Source: a virus (lineage: Duplodnaviria > Caudoviricetes). From it: DNA of 64,000 bases. Both the position numbers and the translations under genes were made by a program. Below the pieces are notes generated by a model that was not told where the DNA came from, ran no database searches, and saw only the letters and a list, made by a program, of their open reading frames with translations. The stretch covers positions 320,001 to 384,000 of IMG/VR virus record IMGVR_UViG_3300027740_000003; one strand, written 5' to 3'. This document shows, piece by piece, positions 27,149 through 37,436 of the stretch (position 1 is its first letter; every line of letters starts with the position of its first letter).

Positions 27149-27161
27149 ATTTCACCTTTAT

Positions 27162-27668
27162 TTAATCTGCGGACCCATTATACCCAACCATGGTCTTTCT
27201 TAGTCCTGCTGCGATATCTTTGTAATGATGGTGTGCTTTAATTATTATATCATACTTTTTTTCCAACAGAGTTTTAGCGCCTTTGACTTTTGCCAGTTCT
27301 ATCTCAATATCAAGAACTTCTTGGCTTGCTTCGCCGGCCATTTTTCTCAGTTCTATGGAAACTCGTTTATCATCCGAAGATGTATAATCTAATGCGATTT
27401 TATTCCTTACTGAAGACACTTTTGCTTCCAAATAATTCATTATTTTATGAACTTTTGCTAAATGCTCCGAGAGTACATCTGCCCCTCTCAAAGCCTCCTG
27501 ACAAAGCCTCTCAGCTTGAGCTAATGTTGGCACATCCTCGCTTTGCAATTTAGAGACAACCTCTTGAACTTCCGTTAAATCAAACTCAAAAACGGCATCA
27601 TCTAAACTGTCTCCAACTAAATCTTTTACTTTAATTATATCAGGCTTAACAACTTCCCAATCTGACAT
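27162..27668 (-). CDS. Coiled-coil protein (possible UvsY-like mediator)
   Basis: 168 aa helical protein adjacent to recA; function inferred from position only. Confidence 0.4.
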   Translation of the reverse strand: MSDWEVVKPDIIKVKDLVGDSLDDAVFEFDLTEVQEVVSKLQSEDVPTLAQAERLCQEALRGADVLSEHLAKVHKIMNYLEAKVSSVRNKIALDYTSSDDKRVSIELRKMAGEASQEVLDIEIELAKVKGAKTLLEKKYDIIIKAHHHYKDIAAGLRKTMVGYNGSAD

Positions 27669-28057
27669 ATTACTTTATTTCCTACTTTGCACACAAAAAT
27701 CTTTATTTTTCTATCTATTGGAATTGAAGGGAAATAGATATATTCTAAACTTTTATAATCACCATTTAAAATCTGACCATTGTTGATAAATTCTTCTCCG
27801 ACAAACTTCCACCCATCCACCATAAAAAACGTATTATTTTCAAATTTGTTATGTTCACCACGAATCGGGAAAGTGGCACATCCAATTAGATTTTTATTTA
27901 ATGGATCAAAATACCACTGTTCTTTCAAAAAGGAATAAAGAACCCTGGGATGAGACACCTCAGTATAAAGGTAAACTATGCGATTAGTGCTATCAATAAA
28001 TGCTTCTGATTTATTTGGCACCATAGCATCATGAATTAAAGAACAATCAGAAATCAT
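27635..28057 (-). CDS. Hypothetical protein
   Basis: 140 aa, ATGA overlap with upstream gene. Confidence 0.5.
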   Translation of the reverse strand: MISDCSLIHDAMVPNKSEAFIDSTNRIVYLYTEVSHPRVLYSFLKEQWYFDPLNKNLIGCATFPIRGEHNKFENNTFFMVDGWKFVGEEFINNGQILNGDYKSLEYIYFPSIPIDRKIKIFVCKVGNKVICQIGKLLSLI

Positions 28058-28353
28058 TTTTTCAACTCTGCCAAGGCTTCTTTTATTTCCTTCATTGCTT
28101 CGTCATGTTCTTTATATATCCTTCGAAGATGTTGATGAAGCATAAGATTTTGAAGAAAAACAATTATTTCTAAACTGAACTTCTTCTGAGGAGCAACTAG
28201 ATATACTATGATCCCATCATCATCTGACTCGAACAATCCTTTGAATAAGTCTTTCCCATACGGCTGGTGGGCAGAACAAATATTCTCGTACATGCTCCAC
28301 TCATCCTGGGTCATTTCAAGTTTTTTGTTATCAACAAGCCTTATCTTTTTCAT
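28054..28353 (-). CDS. Hypothetical protein
   Basis: 99 aa, TAATG overlap. Confidence 0.55.
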   Translation of the reverse strand: MKKIRLVDNKKLEMTQDEWSMYENICSAHQPYGKDLFKGLFESDDDGIIVYLVAPQKKFSLEIIVFLQNLMLHQHLRRIYKEHDEAMKEIKEALAELKK

Positions 28354-29201
28354 TAAGACCTCTTAATTTTCCCTATTTCCCCACCATAAGCCAATTCTTG
28401 CTGCTTCCTTAATCTTTCCATTCTCAACGCTTGCAATGCTGGCGAGCCTGGTTCTTCACCATTTCCAAAATCAATTCCCCCTCCTTCTGCCATTGCTCGC
28501 ATCTGTTCCCTAGTTATTCCACCATTCATTGCAGATAATGCTTTTTGTGTATATTCTGGGTCCAATGATTCTTCCATATAGTTTTCAGAATAATCCGTCG
28601 GATATCCTCCTTGACCCTGATATCCTGGCTGTGGATAACCTTGTGGAGGATAACCTTGCGGATACCCTTGTTGTGGAGGATAGCCTTGATACGGCATTTC
28701 TCCAGCTAATGCTAATTGTTTAGCAACTATTGGGTTCATAGGCTGCCGAGGCATGTTGCCATAATCTGTTCCACCTTGACCACTCTGAATTTGTTGAGCA
28801 ATTGCACTATATTGGTCCTTGCTCTTTATTCCAGCGCTTTGATAAAATTGTTGTAGTTTATTCGGAGCAATCATTGGTCTATTTCTAAGCTGGTCTTCTT
28901 TATTTCCTAATCCAGAATTGGCCATATGTTGCTGTGGCATATACCCTTGTTGCATTTGGTGTGGATTAAAAAACTGAACCGGCTCAGCCGAGCCAATTTT
29001 TCTCATCTCATAATTGGATAAAAGCCATCCTGCCAACCCATCCGGATCATTTGGCATCTTTTTTAATGCTTCCTTAATTTCATCAAGAAGTTCTAGTGCA
29101 GGATCAGACATAATTGGGCCATTGCAGCCCGGACAAAGGTTGTTTTGAATAGCGCTCCTAAAAGTAGGAGAAATTTCAACGCCACATGACATGCACTTCA
29201 T
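28353..29201 (-). CDS. Zn-ribbon protein with Q/P/G/Y low-complexity region
   Basis: CMSC...CPGC at N-end; YPPQQGYPQGYPPQGYPQPGYQGQGGYP. Confidence 0.6.
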   Translation of the reverse strand: MKCMSCGVEISPTFRSAIQNNLCPGCNGPIMSDPALELLDEIKEALKKMPNDPDGLAGWLLSNYEMRKIGSAEPVQFFNPHQMQQGYMPQQHMANSGLGNKEDQLRNRPMIAPNKLQQFYQSAGIKSKDQYSAIAQQIQSGQGGTDYGNMPRQPMNPIVAKQLALAGEMPYQGYPPQQGYPQGYPPQGYPQPGYQGQGGYPTDYSENYMEESLDPEYTQKALSAMNGGITREQMRAMAEGGGIDFGNGEEPGSPALQALRMERLRKQQELAYGGEIGKIKRS

Positions 29202-29210
29202 AAATTTACC

Positions 29211-32200
29211 TCATCTGAATTCCGTATTATTATCTTCTTCATCATCAAGGTCTGCATGACCAGATTCTATCAATTCTTCTTCTAGTTCATCAAGTAGAAC
29301 AGTTGTTTCAGAAGACTCTTCTGTTGTATTGTTCTTTTTTGTTCTACTAGATGGTAATTTCACTTTTTTAGCCTGCAAATTGGTGGGCAAAGGTGGTTGC
29401 GGAGAAAATTTCGCCAAATCATCAAAAATCACAGAAAGTTCACCATTGTACCAATTTAGATTACCATTTATATATAACCCCACTCCAGGCTCAATTTTAT
29501 TTTTATTATTAGACAATTCAGATACACGATTTTGGAAACGAACCCAACTATCCGGAAAACAAGTCATAACCAATTGATTTCCATGAGGATCTTCTAATTT
29601 AACCTTGGCCATTACTTCGCCTTTAAATTTCGAATCCTCCTTCTTAATTTTGAATTCAAAGATGTTCTTAACCTCTCCCTGCAATAAAGTAATACGTTTC
29701 GTGTATTTCTTATGTTCTGCTGGAGTAAAAGTATCTGGTGGAGGGGGAAAAATCTTTGACAAACTAGCAAAAGAAGGTGCTCCATAAGTAAAGAAACCAT
29801 TAAATTCCTGAACTTTATTTCCGCTTAAACTTTCTCCTATATATTTTTTCTCTAATGCACATTTTTCCGCAATTGTCCAATCTCCCTCATCAGGCCATGG
29901 ATAATTAAACGAAACCCCGACATTCTTCTTTTTCTTTAAATGTTCTCCTAATTTCTTTTTATAATCAGCGGCGTATAAAAACATTAATTTCCTAGACATA
30001 CCAAAAGAATCAAGGCAACCAGAAGCGGCAAGTGCCTGAATTGAAGGAGCACAAACTTTGCTTCCATCAATCTTTGTTAAAAAGTCTTCAAAACTTGTGA
30101 AAGGACGCTTGGCAATAATTTCAGGAATTGCATTCTTTCCCATATTTTTAAGAGCATCAAATCCAGTGAGCAACGTATGGTCATCTATAATTGTATAAGT
30201 TGTTTCGGACTTGTTTAAATCAGGAGGTATTATGTTAACCTTTAGTCTACGAATTTCCTCTTTGATTTTTGCTATATTATCTTTGGCAATTTTTGCATTG
30301 GAACCAACTTCATGTTTAAGGTTTGAAACAAGAAATTCAAGAGGATAATGTGCTTTAAGCCATGCTGTATGAAAAGAAATCATTGAATAAAGCACAGCAT
30401 GGGACTTATTAAATGAATATTTTCCAAAAGGCTCTATAACTTTTTCAAATATATCTTCCGCTTGTTTTTGCGTAAGATTATTTTTCATTGAATCTGAAAT
30501 AAAATCTTCTTTAATCTTTTTTGCTTTTTCTGGATGTTTTCCTTTTGCTTTTGTAAATTTTCTTAAACCATCAGCTTTTTGCAAATCCCAATTAGCAACA
30601 TCGTTTGTAAGTATAAGCAACGATTCGTCAAAAAGCGCAAATCCAAAAGTATTTTTAAAAGCATTTTCCAATAAAGGATGCAATAATTTTACTTCTAATT
30701 CTCCATTTTTTGTTTTAATATAATCTGCCCTAATTTCTTGTGCTGCTGGACGGGCTAAAGTTGTAATAATAGCTAAATCTTCTATGTTTTTTGGTATATA
30801 TTTTTTACACAAATCTATAGTCCCACCACTAGTTCCAAACTGGAACACACCAAATGTGTCTCCTCTAGAAATAAGATCATATGCTGGTTTATCATAAGAA
30901 TGATAATCGAATTTTTCTAAAACTTTTCCAGACTTTTTAATCAGATTATATGTGTCTGTAATAATATCTAAAGTGGATAATCCTAAAATGTCCATCTTAA
31001 CGCCACCAACCGCTTCACATCTTTCTTTTTCCAACTCAATAGATATTTTCCCTTCTTTATCTCTTCTAAGTGGAATAAGTCCTCTAAGTGGTCTTTTATT
31101 TATTACTATACCTGCCGCATGAGTAGAAATGGCAACAATTTGCCCGCCAATATCTTTGGCATAATCTTTAAGTTCTGTATACCCGCCACCATTGTCTGCC
31201 ACCGGCTTTGCATATTCGGCAAATAATGCCGCTTTCTCCAAAGCTTCTACTACTTTGTGTATATCATCTGGTATGGCGTCAGCTAACGCAGTTCCTACTT
31301 TAACAGCTGTTTTACGATCTCCTCCATACATAAAAGCCCTAGCAATTGCTCTTGCATAAACTTTTGGAGTCATCGTATTATAATTGCTTATTGCCGCCAC
31401 ACTGTCTTGCCCATATTTTTTTACAATATATTCAATAACTTTATCTCTGTTTCTTGTTGAAAAATCTATATCTAAATCTCCATAGTCAATTTTAGACTTA
31501 TTAATAAACCTTTCCGCAACTAAACCATATTTAATTGGATCTGCTTCCTGTATTCCCAATAAATAATTTATTAGAAAACCGCCACCGCTACCTCTTCCCG
31601 GACCTACAGCAATATCATTTTTTTTACACATGTCTATAAAATCATAAACAATTAATAAATAACTAGATATTCCACAATAATATGATATATCTAATTCTTT
31701 TTCCATTCTAGCCCTATATTCGGGCTTATTCGGAAACTCTTTCTCTATAGCTATTTCGCATTTGTATCTTAAATATTGTTTGTCTTCTTCTAAATTATTA
31801 TATTGTTCGTTGCACTTTAACCATTCTTGAAATTCACCATAATCTTCCTGGTCTTTTACCGGAAACTCAGGTAGCTCCTTTCCACTTGGATTGGAATACT
31901 TAGGATCAATCCATTCCGGAAATTCACACTTGTCAGCAAAATATTTCGTATTTTCAATGCACTTCTGCGCAAATTCAGGATCCTTTCTACCAAATTGCCT
32001 GTTCAGCTTATTATATACTTCCTCCCCACTCTTCAAATAAAAATCATCTAAAATTCCATTGGCACCAGAATACTTAAGCCTATTCCCCGAATCCACTGGA
32101 GAACCAGAGGCTATTGCTAATAATACATCATGCGCCTTTGCTTGTTCTGGGTTTAGATAGTGAACATCCGTTGACACAACACATTTAATATCTAGTTCTA

Positions 32201-32807
32201 TAGCTATTTCTCTTAATCTATCATTGGTAAATTGTTGGTCAATTTCTCCAGAATATGCGTTATTTGCTCTCTTTAATGCATGAGCTTGAAGCTCTATTCC
32301 TAAATCATCTCCAAATATCTTTTTTAATTTAATTGCATTGTCTTTTGCTTCATCATATTTTTTCTGATTGATGAGTTGTCCTAGGATGCCATTAGAGCAG
32401 GCTGTTAGGCAAATTAAACCATCTGCATACTTCTCTAGTATCCTCCAGTCAACCCGAGGCATAACCCTTTTAAAAAGCACTATAGAATTATCATAGCCCT
32501 CTGCCGAAGCTTCCAACAAATGTCTATATCCAATCTCATTCTTTGACAACAATATAACATGACGCATTCTGGCGTCTTTATCTGCCACATCATCAACAAA
32601 GTAGAATTCACATCCTGGAATAAGCTTTACACCAGTTGACTTGGCTTCTTTTAAAGAATCCCACATTGCGGCCAATGTGCCATGGTCTGTGATGGCAATT
32701 GCTGTTTGACCAAGCTCTTTGGCTCTTTTGAATAAATCAGCAGGCTTAACAAGACTATCTAGAATTGAGAATGTTGTGTGATTATGTAATGATACATATT
32801 CGTTCAT
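29211..32807 (-). CDS. dnaE: DNA polymerase III alpha subunit
   Basis: PHP domain SLHNHTTFS, AITDHG; GPGRGSGGG; DLDIDF; HAAGIVI; KMDILGL; FNKSHA; OB fold. Confidence 0.97.
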   Translation of the reverse strand: MNEYVSLHNHTTFSILDSLVKPADLFKRAKELGQTAIAITDHGTLAAMWDSLKEAKSTGVKLIPGCEFYFVDDVADKDARMRHVILLSKNEIGYRHLLEASAEGYDNSIVLFKRVMPRVDWRILEKYADGLICLTACSNGILGQLINQKKYDEAKDNAIKLKKIFGDDLGIELQAHALKRANNAYSGEIDQQFTNDRLREIAIELDIKCVVSTDVHYLNPEQAKAHDVLLAIASGSPVDSGNRLKYSGANGILDDFYLKSGEEVYNKLNRQFGRKDPEFAQKCIENTKYFADKCEFPEWIDPKYSNPSGKELPEFPVKDQEDYGEFQEWLKCNEQYNNLEEDKQYLRYKCEIAIEKEFPNKPEYRARMEKELDISYYCGISSYLLIVYDFIDMCKKNDIAVGPGRGSGGGFLINYLLGIQEADPIKYGLVAERFINKSKIDYGDLDIDFSTRNRDKVIEYIVKKYGQDSVAAISNYNTMTPKVYARAIARAFMYGGDRKTAVKVGTALADAIPDDIHKVVEALEKAALFAEYAKPVADNGGGYTELKDYAKDIGGQIVAISTHAAGIVINKRPLRGLIPLRRDKEGKISIELEKERCEAVGGVKMDILGLSTLDIITDTYNLIKKSGKVLEKFDYHSYDKPAYDLISRGDTFGVFQFGTSGGTIDLCKKYIPKNIEDLAIITTLARPAAQEIRADYIKTKNGELEVKLLHPLLENAFKNTFGFALFDESLLILTNDVANWDLQKADGLRKFTKAKGKHPEKAKKIKEDFISDSMKNNLTQKQAEDIFEKVIEPFGKYSFNKSHAVLYSMISFHTAWLKAHYPLEFLVSNLKHEVGSNAKIAKDNIAKIKEEIRRLKVNIIPPDLNKSETTYTIIDDHTLLTGFDALKNMGKNAIPEIIAKRPFTSFEDFLTKIDGSKVCAPSIQALAASGCLDSFGMSRKLMFLYAADYKKKLGEHLKKKKNVGVSFNYPWPDEGDWTIAEKCALEKKYIGESLSGNKVQEFNGFFTYGAPSFASLSKIFPPPPDTFTPAEHKKYTKRITLLQGEVKNIFEFKIKKEDSKFKGEVMAKVKLEDPHGNQLVMTCFPDSWVRFQNRVSELSNNKNKIEPGVGLYINGNLNWYNGELSVIFDDLAKFSPQPPLPTNLQAKKVKLPSSRTKKNNTTEESSETTVLLDELEEELIESGHADLDDEEDNNTEFR

Positions 32808-32846
32808 GATTGATGAAGATATGGATCTAGAATGGCTCGAATGGAA

Positions 32847-33155
32847 CTAGAGTCTTCTTGGTTTGTTGCCACCTGGCTCATTTTCTATTGCCCTGAGGAC
32901 AGCTTCGAATTCATTAATGATATTATCACAATTTGCACCATTACAACGTACATTAACATTACAGATACCAAAAGTACAAGTTCCTATGAAATTTTCTTTT
33001 TTAGCATAAAGAAGACCAGCTTTAATGTAATTGTCTGGACAAATAAACCCAGCTTGTTGGAATAGTATAACATGATTATTTCTTACTGGACGCAAAGTAG
33101 TCATCACAATCGACTTTCTTCCACAACAACCTTTTGTAATTCTTCGTTCTACCAT
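32847..33155 (-). CDS. Small Cys-rich hypothetical protein
   Basis: 102 aa, AAGGT SD. Confidence 0.55.
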   Translation of the reverse strand: MVERRITKGCCGRKSIVMTTLRPVRNNHVILFQQAGFICPDNYIKAGLLYAKKENFIGTCTFGICNVNVRCNGANCDNIINEFEAVLRAIENEPGGNKPRRL

Positions 33156-33162
33156 GATACCT

Positions 33163-33456
33163 TTATTCTATTATATCCTTAATGATTAGTTCTTCATTTG
33201 ATAACTTTTTAATATATTCTCCCACAAACAATTTGGGCAATATTTCCCACCAATAACGAATTAAAACTGAGCCTGACTTTTTATATTCTTCAATGTAAAC
33301 AAACCAAATACCATTAGTATACATATCTGTGTTGCCATCAATGTTTTTAACAAATCCAATAACATAACAATTGTTTTCCTCAAAAGAAATCGGGCCTCCT
33401 ATATTATAAGTTTTATTACAATAATAAACTCCCCCTAACTCTGGACCCAATATCAT
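33163..33456 (-). CDS. Small protein with IKDIIE tail
   Basis: Ends KKLSNEELIIKDIIE. Confidence 0.65.
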   Translation of the reverse strand: MILGPELGGVYYCNKTYNIGGPISFEENNCYVIGFVKNIDGNTDMYTNGIWFVYIEEYKKSGSVLIRYWWEILPKLFVGEYIKKLSNEELIIKDIIE

Positions 33457-33731
33457 TCAATTATATCCTTAATCATTACTTCTTCATCCGAAAGTTTTTC
33501 CAACACTCCAGATTCTATTAATTGGTTTAATATCCATTGAGTTGTCGTAAAACAATAACAGCTATTTTCTTCTGTTAATATACAATATAGCTCGTCATCC
33601 TCCCAATGGGTTTCTATATAACATTCATTTTCTATCAAAGTCATATTTAAATTAGACTTTAGACACAAGTAAACATTATAAAAATAGGCCTGAACTTCCC
33701 CAGAAAGAATATTCAGGCCCATCTTTTTCAT
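33453..33731 (-). CDS. Small protein with IKDIIE tail
   Basis: Ends EKLSDEEVMIKDIIE. Confidence 0.65.
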   Translation of the reverse strand: MKKMGLNILSGEVQAYFYNVYLCLKSNLNMTLIENECYIETHWEDDELYCILTEENSCYCFTTTQWILNQLIESGVLEKLSDEEVMIKDIIE

Positions 33732-33732
33732 T

Positions 33733-34062
33733 TTACAGCGACTTCTTTATAAACACACAATATCTTGCTTTAGCCTCATTAACTTTAATTCCATCCTTGT
33801 AAACCCTCGCCGCATCCTGATACACTTCCTTCTTTTCCTGCAAATCAGTATCAGCATCCATGTCTTTTTCAAAATCAGCAATATTCTCACTGTATTTTAC
33901 AATCATGCCATTTAAGTCTTCTTTATTTGCCTGCTGAGCTACGTCTAGAAAATCATCTGCTTTTCCAGATCCGTCATCATTTAAACAAAGCTTCTCTAAT
34001 ACTGTCCTCCACTTCTTTGGAAAATTATCTAACCTGGGATCTGTTGCTTTCTTTTTTGCCAT
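33733..34062 (-). CDS. Hypothetical protein
   Basis: 109 aa, AGGAG SD. Confidence 0.6.
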   Translation of the reverse strand: MAKKKATDPRLDNFPKKWRTVLEKLCLNDDGSGKADDFLDVAQQANKEDLNGMIVKYSENIADFEKDMDADTDLQEKKEVYQDAARVYKDGIKVNEAKARYCVFIKKSL

Positions 34063-34066
34063 TTTA

Positions 34067-35293
34067 TTATACTCCTACAATCTTTGTATTATCTACCAGC
34101 CACTGCAATGTATAGTCTACTTTTGCTTTAGCAATTAGGCCTATTAATGTTCCGTCCTGTGATGCTCTCTGTATCCAAGCATCAACATTCTGTATTCCCC
34201 TTTGGGCTAATGTCTGTTTTAGCATAGACACTGCCTCCAATTCAGAAATTACAGTCTCTGGTTCAGCTTTATTAATAGAATCAAGAATTAAAGTAAACTT
34301 AACGTTGTCTTTTCCTCTAGCAAGGTATGCAGTTTTAATATCTTCTTCTATTGTCTCCCAAAGTTTAAATCCTTCCATCATTGACATATGTTGAGCTTCC
34401 ATTAATACAGACCATGTTGGAGGCTCAAAATCATGTGAAGAAACCAATGTTGCCTTTATCTGCTCAGCAATCAATGAATCTCTATTTGATTTAAATTGGT
34501 TTTGAGCAATTGTTTTTGCCGTATTAAATAATTCTTCCAAACTATTCAAACCAACTTTTTTAGCCAATTCATCGTCAAGCGGAGCAGCAACCTGCTTCAT
34601 TCCCATATGAAAATTAACTTTACATGAAGTTTTCTTTCCATTAATATCCAACTCAAACTCTCGTGTTTCACCAGGAGACATTCCAAACAAGTTTTCATCA
34701 AATTCAGGATAGATCTTCTGCCCAACTTGATATAACTGACCCTCTTTTGTTTCTTCTCCTACAGTGTAGTCTAATGTGATTCTGTCTCCAGCTTGGATAA
34801 AATCACCGTCGCCATATGGAGTTATATCAGAATGTTGTGTTCTAACGCCTTGAACGATCTGCTCTGCCATTTCGTCCACTGTTTTAGGAGAATGTGGTTC
34901 TGGAACCTCAATTCCTTTATACTGTTTCAATTCAAAATCTGGTTTCTTAAGATAAACCAACTGACAAGAGAATTCATTGCCTTTTAATGAATGTTTTTCT
35001 ACTTGTGGTTGACCAAGAGGAGTCATTTTTGTTTCATAAATGACATCATCATTGGCTTGATTGAGCATTTCTCTTTCAACCCATTGCTTGATCTTATCTT
35101 TGAAATGAACTTTAATAGCAACATCTGTTGCTTTTCCTGGTCTAAAACCAGGAACCGGCAGCTTCTTAAGGTTATAAATTGCTTCCTTATTCTTTTCGGA
35201 AACCACCTTAGAATCTGCCGTGTAATTAACTCTAACTTTACAATATTCAATTTCTTCTGTTGATACTTGTAGTTCTGACATATTTTTTACCAC
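34067..35293 (-). CDS. tig: Trigger factor
   Basis: Ribosome-binding signature VPGFRPGKA; reduced FKBP-like middle (GDRITLDY, FDENLFGMSPGETREF); helical C-domain. Confidence 0.88.
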   Translation of the reverse strand: MVKNMSELQVSTEEIEYCKVRVNYTADSKVVSEKNKEAIYNLKKLPVPGFRPGKATDVAIKVHFKDKIKQWVEREMLNQANDDVIYETKMTPLGQPQVEKHSLKGNEFSCQLVYLKKPDFELKQYKGIEVPEPHSPKTVDEMAEQIVQGVRTQHSDITPYGDGDFIQAGDRITLDYTVGEETKEGQLYQVGQKIYPEFDENLFGMSPGETREFELDINGKKTSCKVNFHMGMKQVAAPLDDELAKKVGLNSLEELFNTAKTIAQNQFKSNRDSLIAEQIKATLVSSHDFEPPTWSVLMEAQHMSMMEGFKLWETIEEDIKTAYLARGKDNVKFTLILDSINKAEPETVISELEAVSMLKQTLAQRGIQNVDAWIQRASQDGTLIGLIAKAKVDYTLQWLVDNTKIVGV

Positions 35294-36132
35294 TCCGTTT
35301 CACCAAACTTTTTTGAAGTTCCTGACTTTTTGTTTTTTCTTTCTTCGGCTTGTTTAATCCATTTCAAACCATCTGGACAATGTTCTGAATAATCACAATA
35401 AGGACAAAGAGGCCCAGTGTCTGGCCTAAATAATTTTTCTGCTGCTATCTCGGCAGTATAATCTCGAAAATCTTGTTCTATAGACATTACATTCTCTCGA
35501 CTAAATTCAAACTTAATTTCTTCAAAATCAAGCTTGAGCATAATATAAGATCCCCGAACTTTTTCTAATTTAGGATCCTCCAAACACATAGCATAAGCAT
35601 ATGTCTGTAATTGTAAATAATCCTTTTTTAGATACAAACCAGTTTTGCTTGTTTTATAATCATCTAGATGCAAAACTCCATCTGCATCCAATTTAACCAA
35701 ATCAATAAATCCATTCAATAAAACATTATCGCCAATATCTATTGTAAACTCTTTTTCCGCCGCAATTGGAACATAATTATATGTAATTCTTTTTTTCAAA
35801 TATGAGCAAAGAATATCAAAAGCTTCTTTTTTTTGTTCCTGTGTTATTTGTGGCCAATTTTTCAATGCATTGGCAAAAATTGCTTTCATTAAAATATGAT
35901 ATTTTTCTTTATTCCCTGCAATAATGGCCTTTTCAAATTTTTCTAAACACTCATGAAGAAATTTTCCAAAAACCTGGAACTCCCATTCCTTTTTCGGCAA
36001 TTTCTTAATATAATTAAATAGATACTTAGCTTTGCATTGTTTAAATGTTTTTGCTTTGCTTACGGATAGATGAAAATAATTACGTCTATCCTGTGGCAGG
36101 ACCGTTAACAACTTACCTTGATTTTTTATCAT
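35287..36132 (-). CDS. PD-(D/E)XK exonuclease (RecB/Cas4-like)
   Basis: SVSKAKTFKQC, FGKFLHECLE, GFIDLV, DDYKTS, LQTYA, CPYCDYSEHC. Confidence 0.85.
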   Translation of the reverse strand: MIKNQGKLLTVLPQDRRNYFHLSVSKAKTFKQCKAKYLFNYIKKLPKKEWEFQVFGKFLHECLEKFEKAIIAGNKEKYHILMKAIFANALKNWPQITQEQKKEAFDILCSYLKKRITYNYVPIAAEKEFTIDIGDNVLLNGFIDLVKLDADGVLHLDDYKTSKTGLYLKKDYLQLQTYAYAMCLEDPKLEKVRGSYIMLKLDFEEIKFEFSRENVMSIEQDFRDYTAEIAAEKLFRPDTGPLCPYCDYSEHCPDGLKWIKQAEERKNKKSGTSKKFGETEW

Positions 36133-37115
36133 CTGTATACAGATCTCTTAAATGGAATCCACTTAAATACTTTACCAGAACTAACCTGGCGTGGAAAAAG
36201 AACATCACTCATTGCACTAACCGTAGTGGATTGTCTAACCGGCTCAATCGACATTATCCACCGATTTGTTTCTGAGTCCCTGTAGTAGAACGTATAAGTG
36301 TTATCTTTTTCATTGTACTGAGGTCTTAATAATGACCCCGTGTTTCCATTTCCTTCAAATGCAGTCGTGTTATACATTATTCCATTTCGAAGCCTTTCCT
36401 GATCCCCAAGAGAAAAGAATTGCCTGTTTATTAATGGATTAACCGGATTTTCATTTTCCTCCCTACCATCCTGAATAATCACTAAAGCCCTAGCGTCAAA
36501 TAATCTACTATTTGCATCCGACATTGTAGGTGGAGGTGGTCTTTGAAGAATAACCACATGGGCAGGTAAATTTCCTATATTTCTTCCTGTTTCACCTTTC
36601 CAATTAGATTCAGAATACTTTATATCATAATTAGTTCTATGATATGACTCTAATGGCTCAACAACAACAGTTCCGGTAGCTGTTCCATCATATCCATCAG
36701 GAACACCAACAACACCTTCTTTTTCTACAATTACACCGGCCGTATTGCCATAACTTACATGTATGTTAGGAAATCCCGAACCAAATGCTTTATTATCTGT
36801 GTATGTGCTCGCCGGATCTAAACCTATCACAACATCATGAGCCTGACGCAAACCAGACCATGTATGTCCATATGTATATGTAATTACTGGTCCGATATCA
36901 ATCCCGTCAGTAGCAAACAATTTTAAATTAACAGTATTTTGATCTGTAGGTAAAGTTATTGGTCCCACAGATATATCTGAATCAAAAGTTGGGTTAGTTC
37001 CATCAGTAGTATAATACACAGTTGCAGGTATATTAGTGCCAATAACAATAGTTTTAGGAATACCAGCAATAACCTGGATAGGGCTGTCTGTAATTGTAAT
37101 AAGGACTACTGCCAT
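36129..37115 (-). CDS. Protein with chitobiase/FN3-like Ig domain (virion-like)
   Basis: ATVYYTTDGTNPT...LKLFATD motif. Confidence 0.55.
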   Translation of the reverse strand: MAVVLITITDSPIQVIAGIPKTIVIGTNIPATVYYTTDGTNPTFDSDISVGPITLPTDQNTVNLKLFATDGIDIGPVITYTYGHTWSGLRQAHDVVIGLDPASTYTDNKAFGSGFPNIHVSYGNTAGVIVEKEGVVGVPDGYDGTATGTVVVEPLESYHRTNYDIKYSESNWKGETGRNIGNLPAHVVILQRPPPPTMSDANSRLFDARALVIIQDGREENENPVNPLINRQFFSLGDQERLRNGIMYNTTAFEGNGNTGSLLRPQYNEKDNTYTFYYRDSETNRWIMSIEPVRQSTTVSAMSDVLFPRQVSSGKVFKWIPFKRSVYR

Positions 37116-37421
37116 TTAACCAACCATATGCAAAAACTTCTCGGAAGTTTTCTTATTTTCATTAAGTTTTAATAATCTACGATAAACAGTATGAGCGGCT
37201 CTTCGGAATACCTTTCCTAATTCAAAATAACCCTCTTCTCCGGAGCCTCTATATAAAGCAAAAAATGATTCAGAAACAAGAAGCATATCTAAATCCGGAT
37301 TTGCTCCTGGAGTTATTCCTTTAAGAAGTCCATCTCCAATTAACTCAGAATACACCCCGTCTCTTCCTTTTGCTTTGAGGAGATTGGTATAGTGGTTTAG
37401 GGTTGTGTTTTTGAGTTTCAT
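37116..37421 (-). CDS. Hypothetical protein
   Basis: 101 aa co-oriented. Confidence 0.55.
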   Translation of the reverse strand: MKLKNTTLNHYTNLLKAKGRDGVYSELIGDGLLKGITPGANPDLDMLLVSESFFALYRGSGEEGYFELGKVFRRAAHTVYRRLLKLNENKKTSEKFLHMVG

Positions 37422-37436
37422 TATGTATTTATACCA

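Noticed and set aside
29211-32807. Intein or intron in dnaE, recA or terminase
   Set aside because: Lengths are ordinary and no C/S...HN splice motifs or frame breaks were noticed
35287-36132. Cas4 as part of a CRISPR system
   Set aside because: No cas1/cas2 or array; context is phage recombination
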